A stretch of 64,000 nt of DNA, taken from NCBI GenBank assembly GCA_050248855.1, contig JBFWRP010000001.1:224001-288000 (forward strand), given 5' to 3'. This DNA is from Planctomycetota bacterium (GTDB taxonomy: Bacteria; Planctomycetota; PLA2; JAEUHO01). The notes below the pieces were generated by a model. The model was not told the origin of the DNA. It did not search any database and saw only the letters and a program-made list of their open reading frames with translations. Made by a program: the position numbers and the translations under genes. Below, in pieces: positions 36,926 through 46,623 of this stretch; positions within the stretch are counted from its first letter, which is position 1, and each line of letters opens with the position of its first letter.

Positions 36926-38985
36926 GTCGCCACGGGCGGAGTGGGTGCACGCTCGCCGCTTCGGTCGCATTCGCGGCCACCGTGGTCGTCGCAGCCTGGC
37001 GGCTGCTTGCCGCTTCGCCTCCGGGCTGGGTCGTGGCCGTCTACGGCGTTGTCTGCGCGATGGCCATCACGCTGGTGGCCTGGGCCCTCGGGACGTTCGT
37101 GCTGCGCCCCGTGTACACGCGGGAGCCGCCCGCCGACACCGTGACGCAGCTCGGGACGACCACGACCTTGGGCTTCGTGCTGCTGATTGCGCTGTTGCAG
37201 CTGGGCGGGCTGCTGGCGGGGACGTTGGCGTGGTCCGGTGTGGCGCTGGTCGCGCTCGCGGCCTTCGTGCTGGTCCTGCAGGTGCTCCGTCGCACGTGCC
37301 CGGGCCTGGCGATCCGTACACGACTCGGCCGCCTGCTCCTGCCGGGCCTCTGTCTTGCCGTCCTGCCCTACGCACTCCGCGGCCTCGCCCCGCTGCATGA
37401 CTGGGACAGCGCCACGTGCCATCTGCCGATCGCAGGGCGGCTCGTCGAAGCGGGCCCGTGGTTCACGACCCCCGACCTCCACCTGCTCTACCGCCCGGCG
37501 CTCCCCCACACGCTGTACGCGGCGCTGCTCACGCTGGACGCCGAAACGGGCATCGTGGCGCTCGGCCTGATGGCCACGCTGGCTGCCGGTTGCCTCGTCT
37601 GGGCCCTCGCACGGGAGGTCGCGGGCCTGGCCGCCGCGCGCTGGGCCGTGGCGGTCTTCGCCTCGATCTCCGTCGTCCTCGAGCTCGCCACGGATCCCCG
37701 CGTGGACACGTGGCTGATGCTGGCCTATCTGCTGGGGGTCCACGCGCTGGTGCGTCTGCTCGTCAGCGCACGCGCGGGAACCTGGGCCGTCGTGGGCATG
37801 GCGGGCGCGGCGGCTTGCCTGGGCACCAAGTACAACGGCATCCCCCACGCGCTCGTGCTGGGCGCCGGCCTCTCGGCGGCGTGGGCTTGGCGCGTGCGAC
37901 CCCGCCCCCTCGCCCTCCTACGCGGTGCAGGCCTCGCCCTCGTCGTCGCGACCCCGTTCGTGCTCGGCTACGTCCGCAACGCCGTCCACTGGGCCGATCC
38001 CGTCTACCCCTTCCACTCGCAGGTGCGTGTGCACGAGGGAGGCCAGCTCGTGCCGCTCCAGGACCTCCTCGCCAAGGCGCCCGCCTGGGTGCGCGACGAG
38101 GCCGCCGAGGATGCGCTGCGCGAGGCCATCCACGAGGCCGAGTCGCCACTGCGCGCGGCGGCGGAGGGCATCCACCCCTTCCTCTGGCTCGAGGCCGTCT
38201 GGAACCGCGAGGCCTTTGCCACCAAGCGCGGCCACGGCAGCAGCCCTTTCCTGGTCTTCGCACCGTTCGCCCTGCTGCTCGGACTTCGACGCCGCACGGC
38301 TCTCCTGGCCGCCCTCTTCCTCGTCGGGACGCTGGCGTTCACGGCCACCAAGCCCGTGCTGCGCTACCAGATGCCCTCGCTGACGGTCGGCGCCGCGGCC
38401 GCGGGCGTCGTGCTCGCGCGCTGGCAAGCGCGCTGGGCGATCGGCCTGCTCGCGCTGCTCCTCGTCGCGTGGGTGACGCCGTCCTGGTTTCGTTGCTGGC
38501 GCACGCTCCACCGCCTGGAGCTCGGCCCGTGGTGGATCGGCCAGCAGGACGACCGGACGTGGCTGGCCCGGGTGGGACACAACGCCGAGCCCGGCATGGC
38601 GCGCGCGGCGCTCTGGTTCGCGCGCGGCATCGCCAGCGGGTCGATTCCCCCCACCGACCGCGTGTGGATGGTCGGCGAAGGGAAGATCCACGCCTTCCCG
38701 CTGGATGCGCACCCGTCACCGGGACGCGAGGGTCGTGACTGGCTGCTCGTGCTGCGCACGGCCGAGTGGGACGTCGAACGCCTCCGGGACCGGCTGTGGG
38801 ACGAGGGCTACCGCTGGTTGCTCGTCAACGAGGCCTGGTTCCACTTCAGCCAGCTCAACGGCTTCGTGAACCGCAGCTACGCCATCGCGACGGAGCGAAC
38901 CCTGGAGCGCTTCTTCGACCGCTGCTGCGAACCTCCCGCCATCGATGACGGGATCATGCGCGTGGCGAGGCTCCGCGCGCCTTGA
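36922..38985 (+). CDS. GT-C (ArnT/PMT-like) multi-TM glycosyltransferase-like protein
   Basis: WDSATCHLP, GTKYNG, YVRN..WADPVYPF, LRY; ATGA overlap with previous gene. Confidence 0.7.
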   Translation: MSRHGRSGCTLAASVAFAATVVVAAWRLLAASPPGWVVAVYGVVCAMAITLVAWALGTFVLRPVYTREPPADTVTQLGTTTTLGFVLLIALLQLGGLLAGTLAWSGVALVALAAFVLVLQVLRRTCPGLAIRTRLGRLLLPGLCLAVLPYALRGLAPLHDWDSATCHLPIAGRLVEAGPWFTTPDLHLLYRPALPHTLYAALLTLDAETGIVALGLMATLAAGCLVWALAREVAGLAAARWAVAVFASISVVLELATDPRVDTWLMLAYLLGVHALVRLLVSARAGTWAVVGMAGAAACLGTKYNGIPHALVLGAGLSAAWAWRVRPRPLALLRGAGLALVVATPFVLGYVRNAVHWADPVYPFHSQVRVHEGGQLVPLQDLLAKAPAWVRDEAAEDALREAIHEAESPLRAAAEGIHPFLWLEAVWNREAFATKRGHGSSPFLVFAPFALLLGLRRRTALLAALFLVGTLAFTATKPVLRYQMPSLTVGAAAAGVVLARWQARWAIGLLALLLVAWVTPSWFRCWRTLHRLELGPWWIGQQDDRTWLARVGHNAEPGMARAALWFARGIASGSIPPTDRVWMVGEGKIHAFPLDAHPSPGREGRDWLLVLRTAEWDVERLRDRLWDEGYRWLLVNEAWFHFSQLNGFVNRSYAIATERTLERFFDRCCEPPAIDDGIMRVARLRAP

Positions 38986-39009
38986 GACGGCATGCCCGGT
39001 GCCTGCTCG

Positions 39010-39669
39010 TCAGTCTTCGTACGTCACCTCGAGCCGGGGGTACGCGTCCGCATCGATCAACGTGCCACTCCCGTAGAAGAGGAGTCCGTCCGACGAACCG
39101 TCGAAGTCGCTGAGCAGGCCCTCGTACCGGACCCGGAACGCGGAGAGGGGGCGGCCCGCATCGATGTCGGCCTGCAGCTGGTCCGTCACCGTGGCGAAGA
39201 ACGGCCGCTCTCCCGAGATGGGTCCAGCCAGCGGCGGCGCCAGCTCGGTGAAGCCGCGCTGCAGGTTGCCGCCGTCGAAGTCCCTGTCCGAGAACCGGTT
39301 GTCGAACTCCGGCACGAAGTGGTCCACGACGAGCCGTCCGAAGGGAGCGGGCGTCCCAATCACCAGGTAGCGAACCAACACGATGCGCGCGTTGGTGACG
39401 CGAGCGCCCGTGGGAACGACCCCGGTCCCGAAGGCAAGGTTGAAGCGCATGACGTCGTCGATCACGTTGTCACCCGCTTGGAGGGACGGGCCCGAACCCA
39501 GGATCACGCCGAGATCGCCAGCAGCAGCCCGCGCGCCCTCGTCCCGGGCCGAGAGAACCACGATCGAGTGGCTGTGGACGCCCCCGCCGGAGCCTCCGGA
39601 CGAGCCGCCGCACGAGACGCACGACAACGCCCCTGCCAGCGCGAGGAGACACGACAAGCCCATCCGCAT
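39010..39669 (-). CDS. Hypothetical lipoprotein
   Basis: MRMGLSCLLALAGALSCVSCGG; ends YPRLEVTY. Confidence 0.65.
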   Translation of the reverse strand: MRMGLSCLLALAGALSCVSCGGSSGGSGGGVHSHSIVVLSARDEGARAAAGDLGVILGSGPSLQAGDNVIDDVMRFNLAFGTGVVPTGARVTNARIVLVRYLVIGTPAPFGRLVVDHFVPEFDNRFSDRDFDGGNLQRGFTELAPPLAGPISGERPFFATVTDQLQADIDAGRPLSAFRVRYEGLLSDFDGSSDGLLFYGSGTLIDADAYPRLEVTYED

Positions 39670-39766
39670 GGGAACCCTCCACGTGGCGACCGGGCCGGGA
39701 GGGCACCAGCGTACGACCAGGGCCGGTCCCGCGCACCCGCCCGCGGCGCTTGCACCGACACGGACT

Positions 39767-40225
39767 TCAGCGGGGGAAGGCGCGCCCCAGGATCCCCTCG
39801 CGCGCCTTGGCCGCCCGGCGCAGGCGGGTCGGAGGCTGCTTGGCTTCCCCGATGTAGTCGGCCCAGGCACGCCGATGCGAGGGCGGGAGCCCCTCGAAGG
39901 CCTGGGCCAGCGCCGGGTCCTTGTCGAGCACCGCGCGCAGCTCGTCCGGGATGACGACGGGGCGCGGCTTCGTATCGCGCGACAGGGTGACGCTCACGCG
40001 GTCCCCGCGTGCAACACCCGCCTTCTCGAGTACCTCCCGCTTCACCGCGATGCGCAGCACACCCTGCGACCGCGACGCCGTGCCGCGAAACGACGTTCCC
40101 GCCACGACGACGTGTACAGGTCCATGACCGACGGAACGCGCCACGTCCGCTGGAACCTCGATGAAGGTCCAGGACGTGTAGGGCGCCTTGCGCCCGGCCA
40201 CCAACACGGTCTCGAAGCGACTCAT
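39767..40225 (-). CDS. DUF1905 + YdeI/OmpD-associated domain protein
   Basis: WTFIEVP...IPDELRAVL...FEGLPPSHRRAWADYIGEAKQPPTRLRR. Confidence 0.85.
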   Translation of the reverse strand: MSRFETVLVAGRKAPYTSWTFIEVPADVARSVGHGPVHVVVAGTSFRGTASRSQGVLRIAVKREVLEKAGVARGDRVSVTLSRDTKPRPVVIPDELRAVLDKDPALAQAFEGLPPSHRRAWADYIGEAKQPPTRLRRAAKAREGILGRAFPR

Positions 40226-40402
40226 GGTCGATCACGGTAACGTCGTCGACGTCCCACGGGAACGACGTGGCTCACCCTCCAGCGGCAGCGCTACGCCAAG
40301 TTGGACGCCCGTCCCCAGGCCGTGGTCCAAGCGCTGCCAAGGCCCACGATTCCGGCCTTCCAGCCATTCGTTCGGGCGTCAGCGATTGCTAGGTTGGCGG
40401 GC

Positions 40403-41800
40403 ATGAAGACGCTCCTTGCCCGGCTGTCCGCACCCGTTCTCGCGACGCTCGTCGCGCTCGCCCTGGCCTGTGCCGTGCCTCCCGCCGCACCGCACCCGGC
40501 GCGGGCCGACGACAAGGGCGAGGAGCCCCCGCCGGCCGCGGCGGGCGACGACGAGCCCGAGATCGAGGACATCTTCGAAGGGGCTACGACGTTCACCAGC
40601 GCGCAGGTCGAGACCGCCATCAAGAAGGGCCTGTCGTGGCTCGGCAAGAAGCGGCGCAGCGACGGCAGCTGGGGCGAGATCGAGGGGGACACGTTCTACG
40701 GCGGGGACACGGACGACGGCCGGTTGCGCGGCTACGGTCATCCGGCTGGCGTGACGTCGCTCGTCCTCTACACGCTGCTCAAGTGCGGCGTCGCTCCCGG
40801 GGACCCATCCATCAAGGGTGGATTCCGCTACCTCGAAGACAGCCGCTTGATGAAGCCCCGTGGCGCCTACGAGTCCTCGATGCTGTTGCTGGCCCTCACG
40901 GCGACCGCCGATCCCTTCAAGACATCGGCCGCCTCCAAGCAAGCCGAGGGCTCGGAGCGCTACAAGCTGAAGGGGAAGCACCGTCGCCAAGCCGACGATC
41001 TCGTCAAGCACCTCGTCAAGCAGCGCTTCGTGGGCTCACGCGGCTGGCGCTACTTCATCAACGAGACGCCGGCGCCCGGTGGGCCGGAAGACATGTCGAG
41101 TACCCAGCTGGCCGCCCTGGCCCTCATGGCCGCGCAGCGCGCGGGGCTGCGCGTGGACAAGGACGTGTGGGAGGACATCTTGGCGTACTCGATGGCCCAG
41201 CAGGCCACCGAGGGCCCCGAGGTCGAGATCCTCGATCCCGCGGATCGCAGCAAGACCTACAAGGCTCGAAGCCGCGGCTTCAGCTACATCAAGGGCGACA
41301 GCGACCTGCGCCACGCGCTGCCCAGCGGCTCCATGACCGCGTGCGCGCTGGCCAACATCGAGATGGCGCGCTACAGCCTGCGCAGCGGCAAGGGCGGCCG
41401 CGAGGCGTGGGACGCCCGTCCCGACGCCGCACGGGTCCAAGCCGCGCTCTACGACGGCTTGGCGTGGCTCCACGCCCACTGGAGTCCCTTTGCCAACCCC
41501 CAGCCGGGCGGACGCAACGACCAGGGCAGCTACCACATCTACTACCTGTACGCCGTGGAGCGGGCCATGGACTTGCTGGGCCTCAAGGCCATCGACCGTC
41601 ACCCCTGGTACAGCGAGATGGGCCAGGAGCTGCTCAACCGCCAGTTCCCGGACGGCCACTGGGGGACGGGCAGCACGCACGAGCCCAACGACGTGCTCGA
41701 CACGTGCTTTGCGCTGCTGTTCCTGAAGCGGGCCACCACGGACGTGATCGCCTTCCCGTCCTTCACCAACGGGAGCGGCGACGCCAGCGACAACCGCTAG
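40403..41800 (+). CDS. Secreted prenyltransferase/squalene-oxidase-repeat protein
   Basis: AIKKGLSWL...DGSW, GWRY, DMSSTQLAALAL, YYLYAVER, DTCFALLFL. Confidence 0.8.
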   Translation: MKTLLARLSAPVLATLVALALACAVPPAAPHPARADDKGEEPPPAAAGDDEPEIEDIFEGATTFTSAQVETAIKKGLSWLGKKRRSDGSWGEIEGDTFYGGDTDDGRLRGYGHPAGVTSLVLYTLLKCGVAPGDPSIKGGFRYLEDSRLMKPRGAYESSMLLLALTATADPFKTSAASKQAEGSERYKLKGKHRRQADDLVKHLVKQRFVGSRGWRYFINETPAPGGPEDMSSTQLAALALMAAQRAGLRVDKDVWEDILAYSMAQQATEGPEVEILDPADRSKTYKARSRGFSYIKGDSDLRHALPSGSMTACALANIEMARYSLRSGKGGREAWDARPDAARVQAALYDGLAWLHAHWSPFANPQPGGRNDQGSYHIYYLYAVERAMDLLGLKAIDRHPWYSEMGQELLNRQFPDGHWGTGSTHEPNDVLDTCFALLFLKRATTDVIAFPSFTNGSGDASDNR

Positions 41801-42234
41801 GACGCGAACCTCTCGCCGGTGCACGAGCGCAGGAAGGCGTCTTCGGGAAGCGAGCCACTGCGGACCATGGCGCCCAGGAAGTCCCAGCAGTTGTGGGCTT
41901 CGAAGAGCTTGCCGTCGCGCACGGTGCACAAGGCGCCGCCCTCGAACGACACGGGCTTGCCCCCGGCGCTCCCCACGGCCCGGCACCGACCGTAGACGCG
42001 GTCGCCCAGCTCCAGCGTGTCGAGGACCTCGATCCGGATGTCGTCGAACGTGGTCTGGAAGGCCTCCCACACCGCACGGAACCCCTCCGGACCCCGGATG
42101 GGCTCCGGCCCGAGCCCATGGGCCACGCCGTCTTCGTGGAACAGGTCCTGCATGGCGCTTGCGTCCTTCTGGTTCCAGACGCGCTCGAACCAGCTGCGGA
42201 ACACCTGCGTTGCGGTCAGGCCCACGTCGCTCAT
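41797..42234 (-). CDS. SnoaL-like ester cyclase / NTF2-fold protein
   Basis: WFERVWNQ...GPEGFR...DGKLFEAHNCWDF. Confidence 0.85.
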   Translation of the reverse strand: MSDVGLTATQVFRSWFERVWNQKDASAMQDLFHEDGVAHGLGPEPIRGPEGFRAVWEAFQTTFDDIRIEVLDTLELGDRVYGRCRAVGSAGGKPVSFEGGALCTVRDGKLFEAHNCWDFLGAMVRSGSLPEDAFLRSCTGERFAS

Positions 42235-42309
42235 GGCCTCCTCCTCCTCTCTTGCTCCCGGGTTGCGGGAGGTCGTACCACGACGAGGAGGGCCCGCCGT
42301 GCCCCGCCG

Positions 42310-43119
42310 TCAGGCGCGAAGGCCCGCTCGATCCGTAGGCGGCATGACGGTCCCCCAGGTCAGCACACACGACACGGGATAGGTCAGGCGACCGTCTCGC
42401 ACGTGGGGGGCGACGATCCGCAGCACGCCCTCGTCGAGCTCACGCAACGCGACGGCTCCCAGTCGGCGGCGCGCCAGCGCGGACCTCGAGTGCACCAGGT
42501 CGAGGTACTCCTCGATCGACTGCGAGACGAGTCCAGGCGCCGTCTCGTGGCGCCCCCCAGCCTGGAAGAGCCCACGCCGCTCCAGCTCGGCGACGAGGTC
42601 CAGCGCCTGCCAGTCCCGGTTCACCGAATGGCGGGCGATCAGCTCGTGCAGCTCGCCGCGCCAGGGCGTCGCCTCGTCGTCGCGTGTCAGCAGGACGAGA
42701 CGCCCCGGAGGTCGCAAGACCTTGGCGAGCCGCGCGAAGGTGGGCTCCCAGTCGACCCAGTGGATGCTGTCGCCGGCCATCGCCAGGTCGTAGGGCGGCG
42801 ACAGCTCGACCTCGTGCACCTGTCCATGGATCCAACGGATTGAGGCCGCGCCGCCACCGGGCAGCCTCCGCGCGAGATCCAACATGGGCATCGCGATGTC
42901 CACCGCATCGATGCCCGCCGCGCACCCCACCAGGCGCCGGGCCAGCTCGCCCGTGCCCGTACCGATGTCGAGCACACGGCCGCCCCGTGCTCCCAGCCAG
43001 GCCAAGAGGTCGCACGTCTCTTCCGGGTAGGCCGGGCGCGCGAGGTACGAGCGGGCCGCATCGGCGTCCTGCCACGCGCTACCGTGCTCGGGGGACCACT
43101 GGGTAGGCTTGGCGTCCAC
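42310..43119 (-). CDS. Class I SAM-dependent methyltransferase
   Basis: RPAYP, VLDIGTGTG, SIHWVD, VLRPPG. Confidence 0.9.
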   Translation of the reverse strand: MDAKPTQWSPEHGSAWQDADAARSYLARPAYPEETCDLLAWLGARGGRVLDIGTGTGELARRLVGCAAGIDAVDIAMPMLDLARRLPGGGAASIRWIHGQVHEVELSPPYDLAMAGDSIHWVDWEPTFARLAKVLRPPGRLVLLTRDDEATPWRGELHELIARHSVNRDWQALDLVAELERRGLFQAGGRHETAPGLVSQSIEEYLDLVHSRSALARRRLGAVALRELDEGVLRIVAPHVRDGRLTYPVSCVLTWGTVMPPTDRAGLRA

Positions 43120-43180
43120 GAGGCCAGCGTAGCGCGCGCCCGCCCCGGCTGCCGGCCGGTCCCCCTCGCTTGCAGGGCTG

Positions 43181-45319
43181 CTACTGCTTGCTGAACACGA
43201 AGTCCACGGCGTAGCCCTCGGACGTGTCGCGGCCCGTCAGGCGCTTGCCGTCGAAGACAAGCGTGACGCTACCCGACTCGCCCTGCTCGGCGGCCCCCGT
43301 GTCCAGGTTGCGCGTCACCGACTGGAGGATGTGGAACACGAGCTGGTTGCCACGCACCTCGATGGAGCCGGCCGCGGCGGTCTGGAGTCGACCGACACCG
43401 GCGATCGTCGCGAGGGCCAGTCCCTCCCAGGCCAGCTGGCCCTGCTCGTTGCGCGCGATGACGAGCGTAGCCGGTGCCACCAAGCGCCCGTTGGGCAGGT
43501 GGTGGGTCTGCTGGCCGCTCCAACGGCCCAGGATCGGCGCGGCCGGATCCGCCTGGGTCTCCCCGCCAGGACCCGCATCGGCTCCGCCACCCGCCCCATC
43601 GCCCGCGGTGAGGATCGGCCCGCTACCCTCGGAGATCTTCCAGCGTTCGAGGATGTCGGCGGGCAGCTCCGGCAGCTCGGGGCCCGTGACGCCGTGCGCC
43701 CACAGCTGCTTCACGTCGACCAGCTTGCCCGGCATCTGGCCCTGGAACACGGCCACGAGCTGTTGCGCACCGCGCTCCTGGACGTGCTCCCACGACCGGT
43801 AGCCCTCGCCGAGTCCACCGCGGATGCCCGTGGACTCGATCGGCAACCACTTGCGCTCCGTCGAGCCGCGCTCGGCGGGCAGCAAGAACACGGGGAGACA
43901 ATGCCCGGGCACGATGAGCAGATACGGATCCAGCCCGAGCGAGGCTCCCATGGCGGCGTAGAGGATCGCGGTATCGATGCACGTGCCCGCCTTGTCGCGG
44001 ATCACGTCGCGCGGGTACTTGATGTTCTGGAGGCTCTTGGGGTCGAAGCTGAGCGAACGGTCCTGGAGGCCCGAGGGGGTGACGTAGACGAAGTCGTTGC
44101 GTACCCACAGCTCGTAGATCGCGTGCAGGGTCTTGCGTGCGGCGTTGGGGTCGAGCCCGCTCGGCGCTCCACCGGCCAAGCGGTTGGCCATGGCCGCGAA
44201 CTGGTCCACCACCGGGTCCTCGCGGCTGACCCACGCGGCGAGCAGGTCCGAGTTCTGCGTCATCACCTCGTAGAAGTTGTCCGCGAGGTACTCGCCCGTC
44301 TGGTAGCTGGAGAAGTAGAACTCGTGACCCCCGAGCAGCGTTGCCCGGGCGCCATCGCTGTCCTTGTACTCCTTCCCGCCGGCATCCTCGTACGTGAACT
44401 CGTACATGATGTTGGCCGGAGTCTTGCTCTGCAGCTGCGCGATCTTGGCATCGAGCACCGGGTGGTACGGCGCGATGACCGTCTGGCCGGGGACCAGCTC
44501 CGGGAACTTGGTCCAGAGGCCCCAGTCGGCGAACCCGGGGATCTGGAACCGGATGCGCAGGTTGTGCACCACGCTCGGGCCCGTGTTCCGGACGACGGCC
44601 TTGGCCAGCCAGTGGTCGGGAGCGGCGTCCGCCAGGGCGTAGGCCTTGTACGCCCCCGTGAGGATGCGCGGCTTCACGCGGAGCGCCGTGGCAAGGCGGG
44701 GGCGGCCCTCCCCCTCGGGGCGGTCCAGGTGGTAGCGGAACACCCCCGCCTTCTCGTCCACCTGGATGTCCTTCGCCGCCTCGGGGAGGCGCACGCCAAA
44801 GGTCATCTCCAGCGCCAGCTCGTCGTTGGTCTGGTCGACGACCCACAGGAGGGTCGTGCCCCCCTCGCTCTCCTTGCGCTCGAAGCCCCGGACCGTTTGT
44901 CCTTCCTCCAGCTCGAGGTCCACCATCCACTTGCCGGAGCCGAGGTTCTTCGCGTAGCCCAGCAAGTTCATGCGCGTCCGGATGCGCAGGTTGCGCTCGT
45001 CGAACGTCACGGGGTCGGGGAACTCGGTCTCGAGCGCCGAGTGGTGGGCCACCACGTCGCGGAACAGCAGCTCCGGCGTGTTGTAGCGCACTTTCAACAG
45101 CTTCCACCGCTCGGGCGCCGGGCGCAGGCTGAGGTCGAACGCGAAGTCGCCCTGCGGGCTCAGCGTTCCGATCATGTCGATGTACGCCTGGCTGGGAGGG
45201 GGACGGCTCGGGCCTTCCTCCGCGCGCGCGACGACGGCGCCGAGCGCCACGAGCGAAAGCGCCACGAACGGAAGCGCTACGAGCATGCGGAAGGCCACAC
45301 GACGACGGACCCGTGCCAC
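43181..45319 (-). CDS. Secreted transglutaminase-like (Cys-His-Glu) domain protein
   Basis: GTCIDTAILYAAM...IVPGHC...PIEST; signal peptide; AGGAG SD. Confidence 0.75.
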   Translation of the reverse strand: MARVRRRVAFRMLVALPFVALSLVALGAVVARAEEGPSRPPPSQAYIDMIGTLSPQGDFAFDLSLRPAPERWKLLKVRYNTPELLFRDVVAHHSALETEFPDPVTFDERNLRIRTRMNLLGYAKNLGSGKWMVDLELEEGQTVRGFERKESEGGTTLLWVVDQTNDELALEMTFGVRLPEAAKDIQVDEKAGVFRYHLDRPEGEGRPRLATALRVKPRILTGAYKAYALADAAPDHWLAKAVVRNTGPSVVHNLRIRFQIPGFADWGLWTKFPELVPGQTVIAPYHPVLDAKIAQLQSKTPANIMYEFTYEDAGGKEYKDSDGARATLLGGHEFYFSSYQTGEYLADNFYEVMTQNSDLLAAWVSREDPVVDQFAAMANRLAGGAPSGLDPNAARKTLHAIYELWVRNDFVYVTPSGLQDRSLSFDPKSLQNIKYPRDVIRDKAGTCIDTAILYAAMGASLGLDPYLLIVPGHCLPVFLLPAERGSTERKWLPIESTGIRGGLGEGYRSWEHVQERGAQQLVAVFQGQMPGKLVDVKQLWAHGVTGPELPELPADILERWKISEGSGPILTAGDGAGGGADAGPGGETQADPAAPILGRWSGQQTHHLPNGRLVAPATLVIARNEQGQLAWEGLALATIAGVGRLQTAAAGSIEVRGNQLVFHILQSVTRNLDTGAAEQGESGSVTLVFDGKRLTGRDTSEGYAVDFVFSKQ

Positions 45320-45437
45320 GCTACGACTCCTTCGACCCGGACGTCGGGTTGGGCGGAGACGGTACCACGTGACGCGACGGGGACCAACGCGCCCGGGTAT
45401 CGCGGCAGGCCGTAGGATCTCGCGCGGCAAGGATCCC

Positions 45438-46568
45438 ATGAAGGCGTCACCTCCAGCTTTCCTCTCGGCTTGCATCCTGCTGGCGATGGCGTGGCCCGCC
45501 GGGCCGGTAGGCGCCGACACCACACATGGCTGGCTCGAGCGCGAGGGCGTCTTCACGTGCTGGGACGCCGATGCGCCCTGGGACCGCACGTGCGAGATCA
45601 GCGGTGCCATCCGCACGCGACGCGGGCTCGTGGTTGCGACCGACAAGCCCCTCGGTGGCGTGGCGGGCGTGTCCCACGTCTGGCGCACCCGCCTGCCCGG
45701 CGCGGGGGCCACGCCGCGCCTGGCCGAGTACGCGGCACCCGCCCTGCGGGGCAGCACGAAGATCGAAGGCCTGGCCGTCGAGGCGGACGGCGACTGGTGC
45801 TTTGCGACCACCTCGTTCAGCTGGTTCGTACCAGGCGAGCCGGAGCGGGCAGACGCCTGGAACTGCCTGGTCGCGTGGCGCGAATCCGTGCCCGGCTCCG
45901 CCCACGTGGTGGAGCCCACGGTGCGTTCCGGCGTCACGAGCTCCGTGTCGCTCCTGCCTCGCCTCCGGGCGGCCCTCGCCAGTCCGACACATCCCGCCGG
46001 GCCCGCGTGGTTCAAGATCGAGGGCCTGGCGGTCCTCCCCGGCCGACGTCTCGCCTTCGGCGTGCGGGCCGTCGGTCCTTCGCATCGCGAGCCCACGATG
46101 GTCGGGATCGTCCTGGCTTCGCGCTATGCGGTCTGCGGGGGTCGCGTCCGGCTGGTCGGTCCGCTCGACAAGATCGTCGAGTGGGACCCCGGCGCGGTCG
46201 TCGGGCGACCCGCCGGCGTCTCCGGACTCACGTACGACACGACGGCCCGCAGGCTGCTCGTGTTGACGTCCTACGAGGCAGCGCCCGCGAGCCGCCCCGA
46301 AGACCTCGACGGCTGGGTGTGGGTGCTGTCGCACGATGCCTTGCACCGGGGCTGCCCGCCCGCCCTGGTCCGCGACGGCACGGGGGCGCCGCTGCGGTTC
46401 GGCCACAAGCCCGAGGCGATCGCACAAGCCGGCAGGAACCGCTACCTGGTCATCCACGACGACGACCGCGTTCTCGGACCACCCGACGACGACGGAGCCC
46501 ACGCAACGCTTCCGCGCACGCGCAACCAAGCGCGCTACGCGTATCTCCGGCTCGGCTCGCCGCGCTGA
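45438..46568 (+). CDS. Secreted beta-propeller-like hypothetical protein (DUF3616-like)
   Basis: Signal peptide; repeated KIEGLA; KPEAI; HDDD. Confidence 0.6.
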   Translation: MKASPPAFLSACILLAMAWPAGPVGADTTHGWLEREGVFTCWDADAPWDRTCEISGAIRTRRGLVVATDKPLGGVAGVSHVWRTRLPGAGATPRLAEYAAPALRGSTKIEGLAVEADGDWCFATTSFSWFVPGEPERADAWNCLVAWRESVPGSAHVVEPTVRSGVTSSVSLLPRLRAALASPTHPAGPAWFKIEGLAVLPGRRLAFGVRAVGPSHREPTMVGIVLASRYAVCGGRVRLVGPLDKIVEWDPGAVVGRPAGVSGLTYDTTARRLLVLTSYEAAPASRPEDLDGWVWVLSHDALHRGCPPALVRDGTGAPLRFGHKPEAIAQAGRNRYLVIHDDDRVLGPPDDDGAHATLPRTRNQARYAYLRLGSPR

Positions 46569-46623
46569 ACCCCACGTAGCGACCGCCCTCGATCGACGAC
46601 CCCGACTGGTAGAGTGCGCCGCG

